A stretch of 64,000 nt of DNA from Oopsacas minuta. Taxonomy: Eukaryota > Animalia > Porifera. Where the stretch lies: the NCBI GenBank assembly GCA_024704765.1, contig JAKMXF010000339.1:124001-188000 (forward strand), in the 5' to 3' direction. How positions within the stretch are numbered: the first letter of the stretch is position 1; the number at the start of each line of letters is the position of its first letter. A program made the translations under genes and the position numbers. The notes under the pieces are model-generated. The model was given only the letters and a program-made list of their open reading frames with translations. It was not told where the DNA came from and ran no database searches. Shown here piece after piece: positions 22,553 through 34,892 of the stretch.

Positions 22553-24178
22553 ATGGCAACTGCAGAACAAACATATGACATCCTAATTGCAGGCGCGGGA
22601 GTTTCTGGACTCTATTGCGCATACAAATTAAACGAGAAATATCCCCAAAAGACTATATGTATTATAGAAAAACTGGACCGCATTGGTGGGCTGTTGGAGA
22701 GTGTTCTTGTAACAATCAATGGGAAAACCATCAAACAAGAAGAAGGTGGAATGCGCTTTTACAAAACTAGTGAGATCTATAAATTAGCTATAGAATTAGG
22801 ATTGGAGAAAGAAATTCTTCCTTTCTCAATGGGAAACAAATATAATTTGAACTTCATTAGAGGTGTTCGCTTTACACTTGGCCAAGCTGTTGAATCAAAA
22901 GTGTGGTTTGACTTGTATAACACCAGCTTGAGTGTAGAAGAGGAAGACAAATATACGGATCCATTCGCTATACTAAATGATGTATTCGATAAAATTCGCA
23001 TGATGCAGGATCCACAAGAAGCACCATTTACTCCACAACAATGGCAACATGTTAGATTACAATGGAAGGTTGACAATATCGAATTATATAAATGGGGTTT
23101 TGCGTCTATACTGCGTTTTATGGGTCTTTCCCATGAAACGATCAAAATGATTGAGATATCACTTGGATTCAAAAGTTTATCCAATCGTAATATAAATGCT
23201 GGATATGGATTCCAATCCAACCTTGAATTCACTTCAAACCCCGAGTTTTATACTCTGAAATATGGTTACGATAAAATACCAAAAAGGCTTTGAAAAACAA
23301 TCACAAACAATGAAGTAAAAGTCAATTTACTATCTGAGTTAGTGAAACTTGATGAAGATGTTAGCCAAAGTTATCCAATTCGTATTGAATATATTGACAG
23401 AAATGATCCTAATAAATCACAGCAAAAAACTATCAGATGCAAAAAATGTGTACTTGCTTTACCCAAATTAGCCTTGCAAACTTTACCCTCAAGTAACGAG
23501 TGGATGGCAAACACTAAATTTTCACCGTATGTCGATTCCGTAATCTCTGAGTGCCTTACAAAAATAAATTTGTATTTTAAAAAGCAATGGTGGTCCATAT
23601 TGGGAATTGATAGTGGTCCGAATTATACGGATTTACAGCTTGGTACCGTATATATATTTAATCCCATCAAAGAACCTGCAGAACGACTGAAGGCATACGA
23701 AGATCCTGGATCGTTAACTATTTATTGTGACTATGACAATAGTTATTACTGGCAATCTATGCAATCGATTGGTCAGGATTATCAGCCGAAAGACAATGTA
23801 AAAGTTCCACTTCACAGTGTTTTAGCCAAAGAACAAGTTGTTGCAGTTGCCATGGATCAATTAGCGCAATTATTCCAAAGGTCCAATTTCAAAAAAGGAA
23901 GCCCTAGAGATGTGACCCCCATGGAACCACTCATTGAGATTCCTGATCCAGTTCTAGCCACATACACTCACTGGACAGACCCGCGTTTTGGTGATTCTTG
24001 TCACGCATGGAAGGTATTTTCTAATGATAGTATAGATTCTCCTGGGATGTTCAATGTGTTAGGGCCTAACATTGGTATTATTGGAGAATCATATTCACTT
24101 GTCCAGGCATGGGTGGATGGGTCATTGACTGAAACTAATTCGTATTTAGAATATCTCACGAAATCTGGAGATTTCTAA
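22553..24178 (+). pseudogene. flavin-dependent amine oxidase (L-amino-acid-oxidase-like), 541 codons with one in-frame TGA
   Basis: GAGVSGL Rossmann motif, EKLDRIGG, EEGGMRF, GESYSLVQAWVDGSL; the two listed ORFs are in one frame separated only by TGA 23291-23293; no introns. Confidence 0.85.
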
Positions 24179-25562
24179 TGGGTGGTGTGTGAGCTCTTAG
24201 TGAGTGTATAGGAACACTATATATAACATTTGAGTTTTAGGATTAGGCTTGTTAAGAGATGGAATTTGTTATCTATCTAATTTATATATTGGTATTTGAA
24301 ATGTTTTTTAGTGATATGATATGATTAATCGTTTTCTATTTGGTGTACATGGGGCCTTCATAAACAGACATCTGTATAATCCGGTTGACCTACCCTACTG
24401 AACAAAAGTAATCAGGCAATGGTAAAGTTTCCATACAAATACAAATACTCTCCCATATTTTTGATGGGCCAATACAGTAAACTTCAGAGTATCTCCCATG
24501 TCATAGTTGCATTCTTCGTATTGTAACCTCAGTATACAGACTTCCAGTTTAGATATTTTTTACTGATGCTAAATATTTTCAACTCATGACCAGAGGCACC
24601 ACTGGATGGATACAAACTATAATCTAAATACACTCCGTAATCCATTTCCCACACGATTATGGATCCATATCCAATCTATATCCATTTTGAATACGAATAT
24701 TCAAATCAAATTCATGAAACATCCATGAAATACATAAATTTTATGGATCTGATAGATTCCTTTTGGAGCTTACAATCCTGAGATTCCGAATTTAGTAGCA
24801 AATGCCTATGACCGAATACGGCCGGGAAAATGTGTGATTTAATGAGGTCAATAAGGCGCTGAAATCTCGATTTGAGTGGGCGAATTGGTTAAAACGCAGT
24901 TATATAATTTTAGTGTTCCTTTTTGTTACGAATGTAACAATTCGACCGTAATCGGTTAATTGTAGTATGTGAATGGGATTGGTTTGCAATCTTACAAGCA
25001 AACCAAGGGATTACACCTGCATCTCAAATCAATGTATCAAATCGATATACTTCTAAGCCCTAAGAATACCGAAACTCTAGAAAACGACTAATAACGAAAT
25101 CCCGAGATTACAAAATATGTCTGGGATTGTAAGCCATAACCCATTTAGACTTTAGAGAATTCAAATCTCTTCGAAATGCATAGATGTTTGATATAATGGA
25201 TTTAACATTAGGCATACTCTCAATCATAATGTTTACTGTATTGACCATCAATGACTGAATACTATTGTCTGGGCAGGGTATATAACCCGAAATTGTTTCT
25301 GATCTAGAATAGCTTCTCATAATACAAATTCATCTGCAAAATCCGACAATTTGGTAAATAGATGCAAGTTTCATATCTCAACGAGTGTCGGTTTATGCAG
25401 GCGTTGTTAATTGAATACTTATTAGCGTAACTGGATATTTGTGCCTTATACATACCAGTATTTCTCCATTTCTACGGTCTTCGGTTAATCGTTTATCTAG
25501 TCTAGCAAATCATATAATTTTATTGTGTTTATTGTCAATTCATAACTTTAGCTAGATATATT

Positions 25563-26504
25563 GGAAATAATGTCCTACCACTTTTGATAGTTGTTTTCCC
25601 GTTATTCTATCACGTGTGTGCTTTCAAATATGGACCATTTGTGCCAAACAATGCCGAATGTCCCATCCTAAATGTAGCTACATTTAGTTTTGATCGTATC
25701 GATTGCAGCAGAATTCAAAATAACAGCGTGTTACAGTCCATAGTAACAATAATAAAGAGGTATGATGTTGTTTTGCTAATCGGGTTAAGAGATCCAGATG
25801 ATTCAGTCAAGAATGTCACGAACAAATTGCTACGCACACTTAATACTTCTGTCCCCTTGGCGGATTGTTATAAGCAAGTTATTAGTATTCGATTAGGCAA
25901 GGTTAACCCCGAACAATACAGTTTCCTATATAAGCCCTCCAAAGTCGACGTGCTTGATTTCCATCAGTTTCCAACTTATAGGGCTAGTTTCGTGAGGTCA
26001 CCTTTTTCAGTACTTTTCATGCCATCTAAGTGCTCAAATTGTAATTCGTTTTGGCTACAAGCTACACATACAGCTCCTGAGAATACATTCAATGAAATTC
26101 AAGATTTGTATTTGTTTACGTTTCGTTCTGATTATCTTTCATTTGGGACGACTGACGGGATTATCCTGGGGAATCTAAATGCAGACTGTAGCTACCTCTC
26201 AGATGAAGATTTTCAAAAGCTCTCCTTCAATACAGATCCTGCGTTCTCGTTTGGGTTAAAAAAAGGCGCGAATAGTACTTCGGTATATCGCAACATTTCA
26301 TGTACTTATGATAATTTGATTTTATATAAGTCGATCGCGTTAGAAGTTACAGATATACACGTATACAATTTCAGTTTAGCTTTAGGAAAAGATTCATCAC
26401 AATCGCTTGCAATCAGCGAGCATTACCCTATCGAAATGAAGATCAAAGCTTGCGCGAGTTCAGTATCAAGAGAACCTTTCTTGACAAAAAACAGGAAATT
26501 TTGA
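25563..26504 (+). CDS. DNase I-like protein with degenerate active site; start not resolved
   Basis: RYDVVLL..LRD, EQYSFLY, HTAP, GNLNADCSY, CTYD, ISEHYPIE; hydrophobic N-terminal stretch; no in-frame ATG, so an upstream exon is needed. Confidence 0.8.
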   Translation, partial: GNNVLPLLIVVFPLFYHVCAFKYGPFVPNNAECPILNVATFSFDRIDCSRIQNNSVLQSIVTIIKRYDVVLLIGLRDPDDSVKNVTNKLLRTLNTSVPLADCYKQVISIRLGKVNPEQYSFLYKPSKVDVLDFHQFPTYRASFVRSPFSVLFMPSKCSNCNSFWLQATHTAPENTFNEIQDLYLFTFRSDYLSFGTTDGIILGNLNADCSYLSDEDFQKLSFNTDPAFSFGLKKGANSTSVYRNISCTYDNLILYKSIALEVTDIHVYNFSLALGKDSSQSLAISEHYPIEMKIKACASSVSREPFLTKNRKF

Positions 26505-27199
26505 TGTAATCTAACATTGCGTTCTCTTTCAATTTCTTTCTTCTTCATATTTCAATACGTGCCAAATATGTTGGAGTAAAGTATAACAATTGGAAGTTTG
26601 TGACCATGGAGATTCAATTGATTATTGTAATGCAGTTTTGCGAATACCAACCTGCTAAAGCAATTATGAGTGTTAATTCATTACTTAAGGTTAAATATTT
26701 CAATCTCTTATTGCGGAGGTATATCTCTAGTTTGGGTTCCTTCGTTTACATAATAACAGCGTTGGCTAAAAGTCAAAGTGTCTCGAAACACTAACGGGAT
26801 TGATCATGTTGTAGACTCCTGACATTGCTTCTAGTAATTGGCAGTTGACCAATAGAAGTCATACCTGTATCAAACAATATTACATAGCATTTCCAAACTC
26901 TCTTGTAACAAGAGATATACTTTCCAGAACAACAATTGTATTCGTACCAATTCCTGGCGTTTATATCCATTCTTTATCTCGAAATAAAGAAATTATTGTG
27001 AGCTTTAGAATTTTGAACATATTTTCATATCTACCTAACAATTGGCCTTTAACTAAAAATATATTTTTCATCTGCTTCCGAATTCACATAATTATCTAGA
27101 AATTATATTTTTACTTCTTGCTTGTACATTTTACTATGTTCCTTATTACAGCAGAACCTCATTACTACTAAGCTACGAACACACTAATGCGAATTTTGG

Positions 27200-28230
27200 G
27201 ATCAAGGTTTGGCACCGATATATCGTATAGAATCGGAGATTTAATATTCATAAAAACAATAGTAAATTTCCATATAATTAATTTAATGTGTGAAAATCAG
27301 ATTCAGTTTATTTGGTATATTTATTCAAGATATATAGAATTCTGTTTACATTCTTGATAAGCACGATTATACATAGTTATGTGACATCTCATAATTGAGA
27401 TATTCAATTCAATACAACATTCCATAAATCATTTCCTTGACAACGGACAAACACACACACACGCCACCTCCGCTCCTTACTCAGAAAAGGAGTGGACTCG
27501 GGCCCCCGCTCAAGTGAAAATGGAGTGCTCTTTTCATTCTTCCAGATTTACATTAGACGAACATTTGGCTCGTCGCTTTGTAATGAACTCGCCGCATTGC
27601 GCCTCGAGGTATTCAACGGACAAACAATAATTGAGAGTTAATAATATTGAAGTTGTTTACAATATTCAGACTCAGCATACTCGATTACCCCAGTATAGTC
27701 TTTGAAAGCATGATTCTACCTCAATTTCGAAACATTTTCATTGTATATACCTAGAAGTAAACATGTATTCACAATATGTTGTTTACAATACCATATTCGG
27801 ACTCCGTATACTCGAGTAACCCAGTATAGCCTTTGAAAGTATGATTCTACCTCAATTTTGAAATTTGTTTACTTTATATTCATAAAAAGACGAATACATT
27901 TACATATGAGAAGCTTGAAAATGCGAAATTTGGTTTCAGTGTATGATGCTACCCTTGGGTATCCGTTTAGAGCAAGCCTGTATATATATTTTGAAATTTG
28001 GATAATTTGTTTACTGTATATTCATAAAACAACAATAAATTTACACAAGATTAATCCAAAATTGTGAAAATCGGATTCAGCATGTTTGATATATTTAGTG
28101 AAGTTTTATTGAATTCAATTACTTCCTTGATAAACACGATAAATACATAGTTATGTGTGACAATTTCAAAATTGTATACCGTAAATCCTTTCCTTGACAA
28201 CGGACAAACAAACGAACAACAATGGTGATT
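27200..28230. repeat. dispersed repeat family (acggacaaac / taaatcctttccttgac motifs), possibly Helitron/Helentron-related
   Basis: same blocks recur at 30050-30700, 35040-35170, 41980-42400, 45330-45660, 62180-62640. Confidence 0.65.
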
Positions 28231-28889
28231 TAATAATTTAGATTTGCATTTGAAGTAATTAGGATTAAATTTACCATTGTAGATTAGGGAAATTGCTAAA
28301 TGCGCACTTCAAACCATTTCAATAAATTGTAGTTTATACAAAAGTGTCCTAGCATCAACTTTGTATAGCAAGAATACTGAAGTTCATACAGAATAACGAT
28401 GAAATTTGTAATTTGTTTGCAATTAAATAGGAGAGCGCTCCTTCAAAATTGAGCGCCGCTCCACCTTCCTCCCCTGAATCATCAATGAAGCGAGTTACTT
28501 TAATGCTCTGTGTTTAATAAAAGCACTAAAAATGTAATACATAAGGTAATATTAGGTCAAAGTTGAATTGTTAATCCTTAAAGCAGCTCGAGTGCTGCTT
28601 TGGGGCGGGAGCTGGTCCTACTTCTCTCCTGAAGACGTTTTTAGTTTTTTCTAAGAAATAGCTTAACTATAGCGGTGCGCCCTCATCACACTTCGTTTTT
28701 TGGCAAAACAACACAATGCATCTCCTTAAAGGAGGAACGATAATAGCAAAACTAGAAATGAAAGGATAGTCCGGTCTTATGGCGTATTAGCATCCTCTAA
28801 GCAATAAGGAATTATATATAATATGGAAAGAGTATAATTAGTTCAAATATGACAAAATAGTTATTCTACAGGAAACATAAACAAAGGTA

Positions 28890-29738
28890 TCAAAAAATAT
28901 TGAGATGATGTTGACCTCCATTACAAACTATAATAAGTCTTCCTCTGTTATCTACTGTAATACCGGAAGGATTAGTTAATGTAATCTTGTGCATCAAATC
29001 AAACTGAGAGTTTAAACTGGAAATAGAATTATACAAGAAATCTGTAATAAGAATATTGTTAGAATTGTCAATATAGAAGAAATATGGATTCATCAGCTGT
29101 AATCCATCTCCTCTAGAGATAATACTCTTATGTAGAATAAGATTATAGTTGTACAGATGAAGACAAGGATTAGATTGATCAAGAATATAAATGAATTCTT
29201 TTGTAAGTTTAACATCAAGAGGGTATTTGAGGTTATCTTGTCCAAACCGTGCCTTGAAGGTAAGTTCCTGGGACAGTATCTGAATACGATGATTTCTAGA
29301 ATCACATATGTATACCTCTCCGTTAGCTTCATCAAATGTCAGACCACTAGGATATTGAAATTCCAAATCTCCTTTCCCACGTTTCCCTATTCTAGAAATA
29401 AACTCTCCATTCATTTGATAATTCAAAATACAGGCGCTTCTTTGTGAAATCAGAATTCTATCTCTACATATAGCTAACCCAATTGGACCATACATCTTCC
29501 CTTCTCCTTCCTCATCTCCAAATTTAAACATAATCTGACCATTACAATCGAATACTTTCACACAATTATTCAAACAATCTGCTACATAAATATCTCCTGT
29601 AGAATTATCAATAGTTACTCCTTCTGGTCCATTAAGATATCCTAATTTCTTTCCCCATTTACAAACACTGACTATAGGTTGCATCTTGCTCTTATAGTCT
29701 ACAGAGAATATTCTCTCTAAAGTATTAGCTGTAGCCAT
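28890..29738 (-). CDS. stand-alone NHL-repeat beta-propeller protein, copy 1 (intact, 282 aa)
   Basis: repeated xxPxG..ID...IY.AD..N..V/I motifs; single exon; ATG GCT ACA GCT start. Confidence 0.9.
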   Translation of the reverse strand: MATANTLERIFSVDYKSKMQPIVSVCKWGKKLGYLNGPEGVTIDNSTGDIYVADCLNNCVKVFDCNGQIMFKFGDEEGEGKMYGPIGLAICRDRILISQRSACILNYQMNGEFISRIGKRGKGDLEFQYPSGLTFDEANGEVYICDSRNHRIQILSQELTFKARFGQDNLKYPLDVKLTKEFIYILDQSNPCLHLYNYNLILHKSIISRGDGLQLMNPYFFYIDNSNNILITDFLYNSISSLNSQFDLMHKITLTNPSGITVDNRGRLIIVCNGGQHHLNIF

Positions 29739-30049
29739 TTAGTTCAGTTCTGTAACTAGAATAATGAAACAATTCAAATAATATAACTTATCTATTTGAC
29801 TATAAGTAATGAGCCTAACTATAAATACAAATCAATACAGAGACCTATAAAGTGTGATATCAAATCACTATAATTTAATGAATTCAAATAGAATACAGTA
29901 TATTCCGCTATGCTCTGATGTTCTTATATTTTGGGAAGTCATTCAGGACTCTAGGGTCCCAGCTCAAAAGTTTATCCTAGAACCTAAGGTCCTAGTCTAA
30001 ATATCCGCTCCATGAATCCAAGACCCTAAATTTACTGGTACAAATCTAA

Positions 30050-30700
30050 CTATATACGAGCCTTTGGTCGTCGCTTCGCGATGAACTCTTCCTCATTACG
30101 CCTCGAGGTATCCATTATTCTCCAAATTGACGGCCCCCTTGAGTATTATAATATAGATATATTTAAAACAATATAATTCACAAATATACATATATGGCAT
30201 ATATATTATTGAATTTTTTTGCAAGATCAACCCCCTTTGTAGCCGTTGAGAGCAAGTTTCTAAGTAAATTTTGAGATATTTCTATTTGTTTCCTGTATAT
30301 TCATAAACACAATATATTTACATGTCAACGGACAAATAAACAAACAAACAAACAATAATTGAGAGTAAGTTTTATAGATTTTGTTTACAATACCATATTC
30401 AGACTCAGCACATTTTGTCATCTCAATTGTTGTTTATTTGTTTGTCCGTTGTCAAGGAAAAGATTTACAACATGCAATTTTGAAATTGTTACATAACTAT
30501 GGATTTATCGTATCAAGGAAGTAAATAAAATTCAATAAAACTTCACAAAATATATATCGAACATGTTGAATCCGATTTTCACAATTTTGGGTTAATCATA
30601 TATATATTTATTGAATATATCGTAAAAATAATTGAAATGTCAAAATATATGTAGAGACTGAGTACGCTGAATCTGAATTTTGCATTTACGTTTCTCATAT
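30050..30700. repeat. copy of the dispersed repeat family
   Basis: gagcctttgg..gtcgcttcgcgatgaactc...gcctcgaggtatccattattctccaaattgacgg shared with 45480-45660 (reverse) and 62185. Confidence 0.7.
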
Positions 30701-31158
30701 CTAATTTTGTTGTTATTATGAATATAAAGTAAATAGTTCATATATATATATATATATGTATTAATTCATTTTGCAATTTTTATCCTTTGCCAAATTCGAG
30801 GTACAAAGTTCCGAGTTACATGCGAACACAGAGTATTCGCAAGTCGCGCAGCGCGAGCAAACGAAGCGGCTCGTCTGAATGAAATGACATAACCAGATCG
30901 GTATGCTTTCAGGCTGTTTCATTACAAAATATCAAACCAAAGTTTTACAAATATTCATCAATAACGAAAAAGTTGTGGTAAAATAATCTTAAATGCATAT
31001 AGTATACAAACAATTTCACATACTTTGATTTTGGGATACAGACTTTTCGTGACAAGATGGGTATATTTACACACATGGATATAGGTAATAATATTATATT
31101 CAATAAAAGTTGTGGTTACAGAAACAAGAGTACAAAATATCCCTAAATTAAAGAACTT

Positions 31159-32068
31159 TTAATCTTGAAAGGTAAAATGGTAGGCAACTCCTCCTAAGAA
31201 TTCAAACTTTGGTTTCAGCAAGTAATTCTGTAGTAAATTTTGTAATGGATTTTCTCTTTCTTCAAAATATTTGCATTTCGAAGGATTCCGACCACTTATA
31301 TAAAACGCTTGTTTTACTTCAACAAACCCTTGTTCTCTCTTATGTATCCTTAGAAAACGCCATATAGAAGGATGATGGCAAGACAAGTGACAAGCAAATG
31401 AACGGTGCTATGCCTCAGGTGTATTATTTGTCCTTAGGAACCCATGCTGAACCATGAAGTGGTTGTTCCACATTTCCATTGGAAATATTGGTGAGGACAT
31501 GAAGGAGGGAATTATCGATAGCCTACCAATATAAGTAGCTTCAAAGTATAATGCAGGTCGTAAGCTTCCACAGGTAGTTGTGAGAAAGGGCTATTGAAAA
31601 GTTGAGGTATGTCAGTAGGAGTTGCAAACGAGAGTGCAGGTAACATTTGCACTATTAATGCAAATTCTACATCTTGCATTATCTTGCTGCTAGTCCTAAT
31701 TGTTGAAATTACGCCAGACATTTTGACATAGATGAAAGATACAGCCTTGAACCTTTGTAGTTAGGAAGTATTGTGAAAATGCATTAATTGAGGCTATTTC
31801 AAAATCCACAATTAGATGGGTCGGGCAAGCGGTTGGACATAAATCATGTACTTTGTTCCACATGTATCTTGCGCCTTGTTTGCTAGCAATACGAATAAAA
31901 ATGGAAAATATGAGCAGTGAATATCAGATCCGGCCTCCTTTCATAGCATGCATCAAGTAGAGTTGATAAAACAAGCTGGGCAGGGTTTTCAAGGTGGTAT
32001 CTGCTAACCAGACAGTTGTAAATGAGAGTAAATCCATATTTGCTTGAGTTCCGAAGATTACAATCCAC
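31159..32068 (-). pseudogene. MULE (Mutator-like) transposase remnant
   Basis: VDFEIASINAF...VQGCIFHLCQNVWR, MLPALSF, TNNTPEA, CHHPSIWRFL in broken frames. Confidence 0.7.
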
Positions 32069-32804
32069 TTATTTCCACTTTGCGGGCAGAATCGTAGAGC
32101 AAAATTGTTGGCCCTTTTTGTTTTAGTATAGCATTCTAATATTTCGAGATACTATAGTGATAGTGGTTCAGGCGGGACGTTTTCGGATGTATTTCTGCTC
32201 CTCACTATTGTTTTCTTTAAGCTATCTATTTGGGTAGATGTACAGTTCGGGATTCACAAGAAATTTAGGAAAGAATTTTATAATCAAGTGAAAATTCAAA
32301 ATCTATACCATTAAGAAGGTAAAAATAACCTCAAAAATTCGAGATTTTTTGATAGACGAAAAAATTCGGATTATACAGCTATACAGGTCGAATTTACATT
32401 ACTCGATTATCGTTATATTGTCGGATTCTGGATTATTGTTTTGTAAACAAAAACCGTCCGTGAACAAAAATAATTTCGGTTTAGGGAAATTCGGGATCAC
32501 ACAGGTGTAGGATTACGGAGATTCCAATGTATTGCAATATAACAGTGTAGAGATCAATTATGTGGCGAGGAAAACTATAATACATAAAGTCCTCTCTAAT
32601 TGTCCACAGCGATTAGAAATTCGAAATGATCGTGTACATAGGAGATAGGACTCGTACTTTTGACAAGAGGACGATTTATAGAGATAGAGAAGTGTACTAT
32701 TAGAGAGGACCCAATGTAAAGGAATGAAGAAACTAATATCAATACAAATTATCTAGCTATATCTACAAAGGTAGACTGGAATACAAAGTCCGTTAGAGAA
32801 GAAG

Positions 32805-34892
32805 TCATAAACTTTCAAAATTATGCAATACTTTTCCTTCCCAATATTCATACCTGTGATGAATGTTAGGAAATCCAATGCCGGGAACATCTATAGACTG
32901 GAGTATATTTTTATCAAAGATACCCAGATTGTTACACTTGAGAGAGTTTGCATACTCAGCTCCAGCTAAAAGAGTTGCATTAGGATTAGAATTATAGACA
33001 ACTTTATGGATATATTTCATGTAATCTTTACTTTTGTTATAAGATTGTTTCAATTTATGAATCAGGTCATCTTTCAGGTTACCACCAATGAAATAGAGAC
33101 AAAAATTAACATTAGTAAGTCCAGCAGTTTCAACGATTTGTTGTATCAATGTGAACACATGTTCTGTCTCTATACTCAACTCAAACTCTTTACAAGCAAT
33201 AGAATCACAATTACTAACTAAAGATATCCAGCCAGACTCATAACCGTAGTTAACAACAATACCGTTAGCAGTTCCATTACCAACACATACAGCTACACTT
33301 TGTGGTGTACAACGGATACATGGGTGTTGATAAATAACATGCAATAAATAACTTATATTCAATTCTACGGAAGCACAATATAGAGGGTTAACAAGACAAA
33401 GCAGTGAGGTTGTGCGTGGAAATATTTTACAGTCAATATATAATCCATATAATATTTCTGGTAACAGAGAGATGTCATCAATCAAACCACGTTTAACTAG
33501 TTGTGTACATTCATTTTCATAACTAGCTAATGCATTTTCCCCACAAAACCAACGATTATAATTCCCCCTCCTCATGTGTAAATCATAAATACCAGGTACA
33601 CGAGCTACTACAGAGCGCATTTCACTGGTGTGAACCACTCCACTCTTATTGAGGACATTAGCACATCTAATGTTATAACCACCCATATCGATAACAGCAC
33701 ATCTATCAGCAGATCGCATTCTAATTCTAGCTTTGAAGTTTCCATACCAATCAATTACGAGTGGATTAATCGGAGTTTCGCTAAGATAGATATCCACCTT
33801 ATGACCATGTGACCATCTTCTCTTATACAATTCAAACCACAACCCTCCATCCATCGCAAGATCATACCAAACCTTACAAACTTCCATACAAATTACAACA
33901 TCCTTAGCACTCAAGTAGCTGAATATTTTGATATACAATTCGTATGGGAGTGTTAATCTTTTCAATTCTCCGTAGTATTCATCACTAACACTACGTTGTG
34001 CTGCCATCTGCAAGCTAATAGCTCGTAAATATGTGTCTGTGAATCCTTCCTGATCACCAACCTTCTCCAACAGGTTAGACTTACGATACAGAGTCAGGGC
34101 TGTGTTATAGGACTCAGATTGTGAGTACTTTAACGGATTGGGTATCATTTGTGTATCCACTCGACGAAACATCATTTCAGTTCTTAGAAGATATTTGACA
34201 CCTTTCAATACAGGTGTACCCTCATGGAATGTATCATGATTGAATATCAGACCCATACCAACACATGGTTTAACCTTGTGATAGACATGCTTCCTATCCT
34301 TCTCATCTATAAATTTGGTTTCCCCACCTGTGTAATTAGTATTCAGGTATATCAGTACTGTGTATACTGATGATTCATCTTCACGAGGTACCCAGGGTCC
34401 ATCAAAATGAGGTGTGAAGTGGCCTCCACTTGTATATTTCATTATTTTAATACACTCATTCAATCTTATTGGTCTCCAAGTACCCTCGTTACCAAATCCG
34501 ATTGGTCTGATACGTATTACATCGTGACGTGTCAAGAGAGGTTCGATTCTAGCGAAAATAGCATCTGCCATCTCATGTGATAGTGTCAGGATTCTGTCAT
34601 TAACTCTATAATAGGTTGGGAATTTGTTTGATAAACTACCAAAACCAACTTTTTCACATTCTCGGATGAAAAACTCACATTCTTTCGGAGTTAGCAAATT
34701 ATTCAGAATGAAGCTATGACAGTTTGGAATGTCTGACAATTCTTTCCTATTGATATTTGAATGTGTGGCTTTGAGTGACTCACATAAAGGTAGCGGGATA
34801 AAATTCTCCTTCGCTGTCTCCAGCATTGGCTTTGTGGTTATTTCCTTTTCATAATGAGATTCTTGAAAACTATTAATTAAGGCTGTAGCCAT
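32805..34892 (-). CDS. 2OG-Fe(II) oxygenase (P4H-like) / F-box / actin-fold fusion protein, 695 aa, intronless
   Basis: KYTSGGHFTPHFDG, LIYLN, GGET, FHEG, KYLLRT; F-box LPYELYIKIFSYLSAKDVVICMEVCKVW; actin-like AVIDMGG, WFCGENA, LVKRGLI, GIVVNYG, FIGG, LAGAEYA; ATG at 34892. Confidence 0.9.
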   Translation of the reverse strand: MATALINSFQESHYEKEITTKPMLETAKENFIPLPLCESLKATHSNINRKELSDIPNCHSFILNNLLTPKECEFFIRECEKVGFGSLSNKFPTYYRVNDRILTLSHEMADAIFARIEPLLTRHDVIRIRPIGFGNEGTWRPIRLNECIKIMKYTSGGHFTPHFDGPWVPREDESSVYTVLIYLNTNYTGGETKFIDEKDRKHVYHKVKPCVGMGLIFNHDTFHEGTPVLKGVKYLLRTEMMFRRVDTQMIPNPLKYSQSESYNTALTLYRKSNLLEKVGDQEGFTDTYLRAISLQMAAQRSVSDEYYGELKRLTLPYELYIKIFSYLSAKDVVICMEVCKVWYDLAMDGGLWFELYKRRWSHGHKVDIYLSETPINPLVIDWYGNFKARIRMRSADRCAVIDMGGYNIRCANVLNKSGVVHTSEMRSVVARVPGIYDLHMRRGNYNRWFCGENALASYENECTQLVKRGLIDDISLLPEILYGLYIDCKIFPRTTSLLCLVNPLYCASVELNISYLLHVIYQHPCIRCTPQSVAVCVGNGTANGIVVNYGYESGWISLVSNCDSIACKEFELSIETEHVFTLIQQIVETAGLTNVNFCLYFIGGNLKDDLIHKLKQSYNKSKDYMKYIHKVVYNSNPNATLLAGAEYANSLKCNNLGIFDKNILQSIDVPGIGFPNIHHRYEYWEGKVLHNFESL

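Noticed and set aside
23291-23293. Selenocysteine or micro-intron explanation of the TGA
   Set aside because: Not a catalytic Cys position, no SECIS recognisable by eye, and the only GC...AG span (29 nt) would shift the frame
24300-25320. Possible multi-exon gene on the minus strand including ORF 25108-25320
   Set aside because: No consistent splice model or motif could be built by eye
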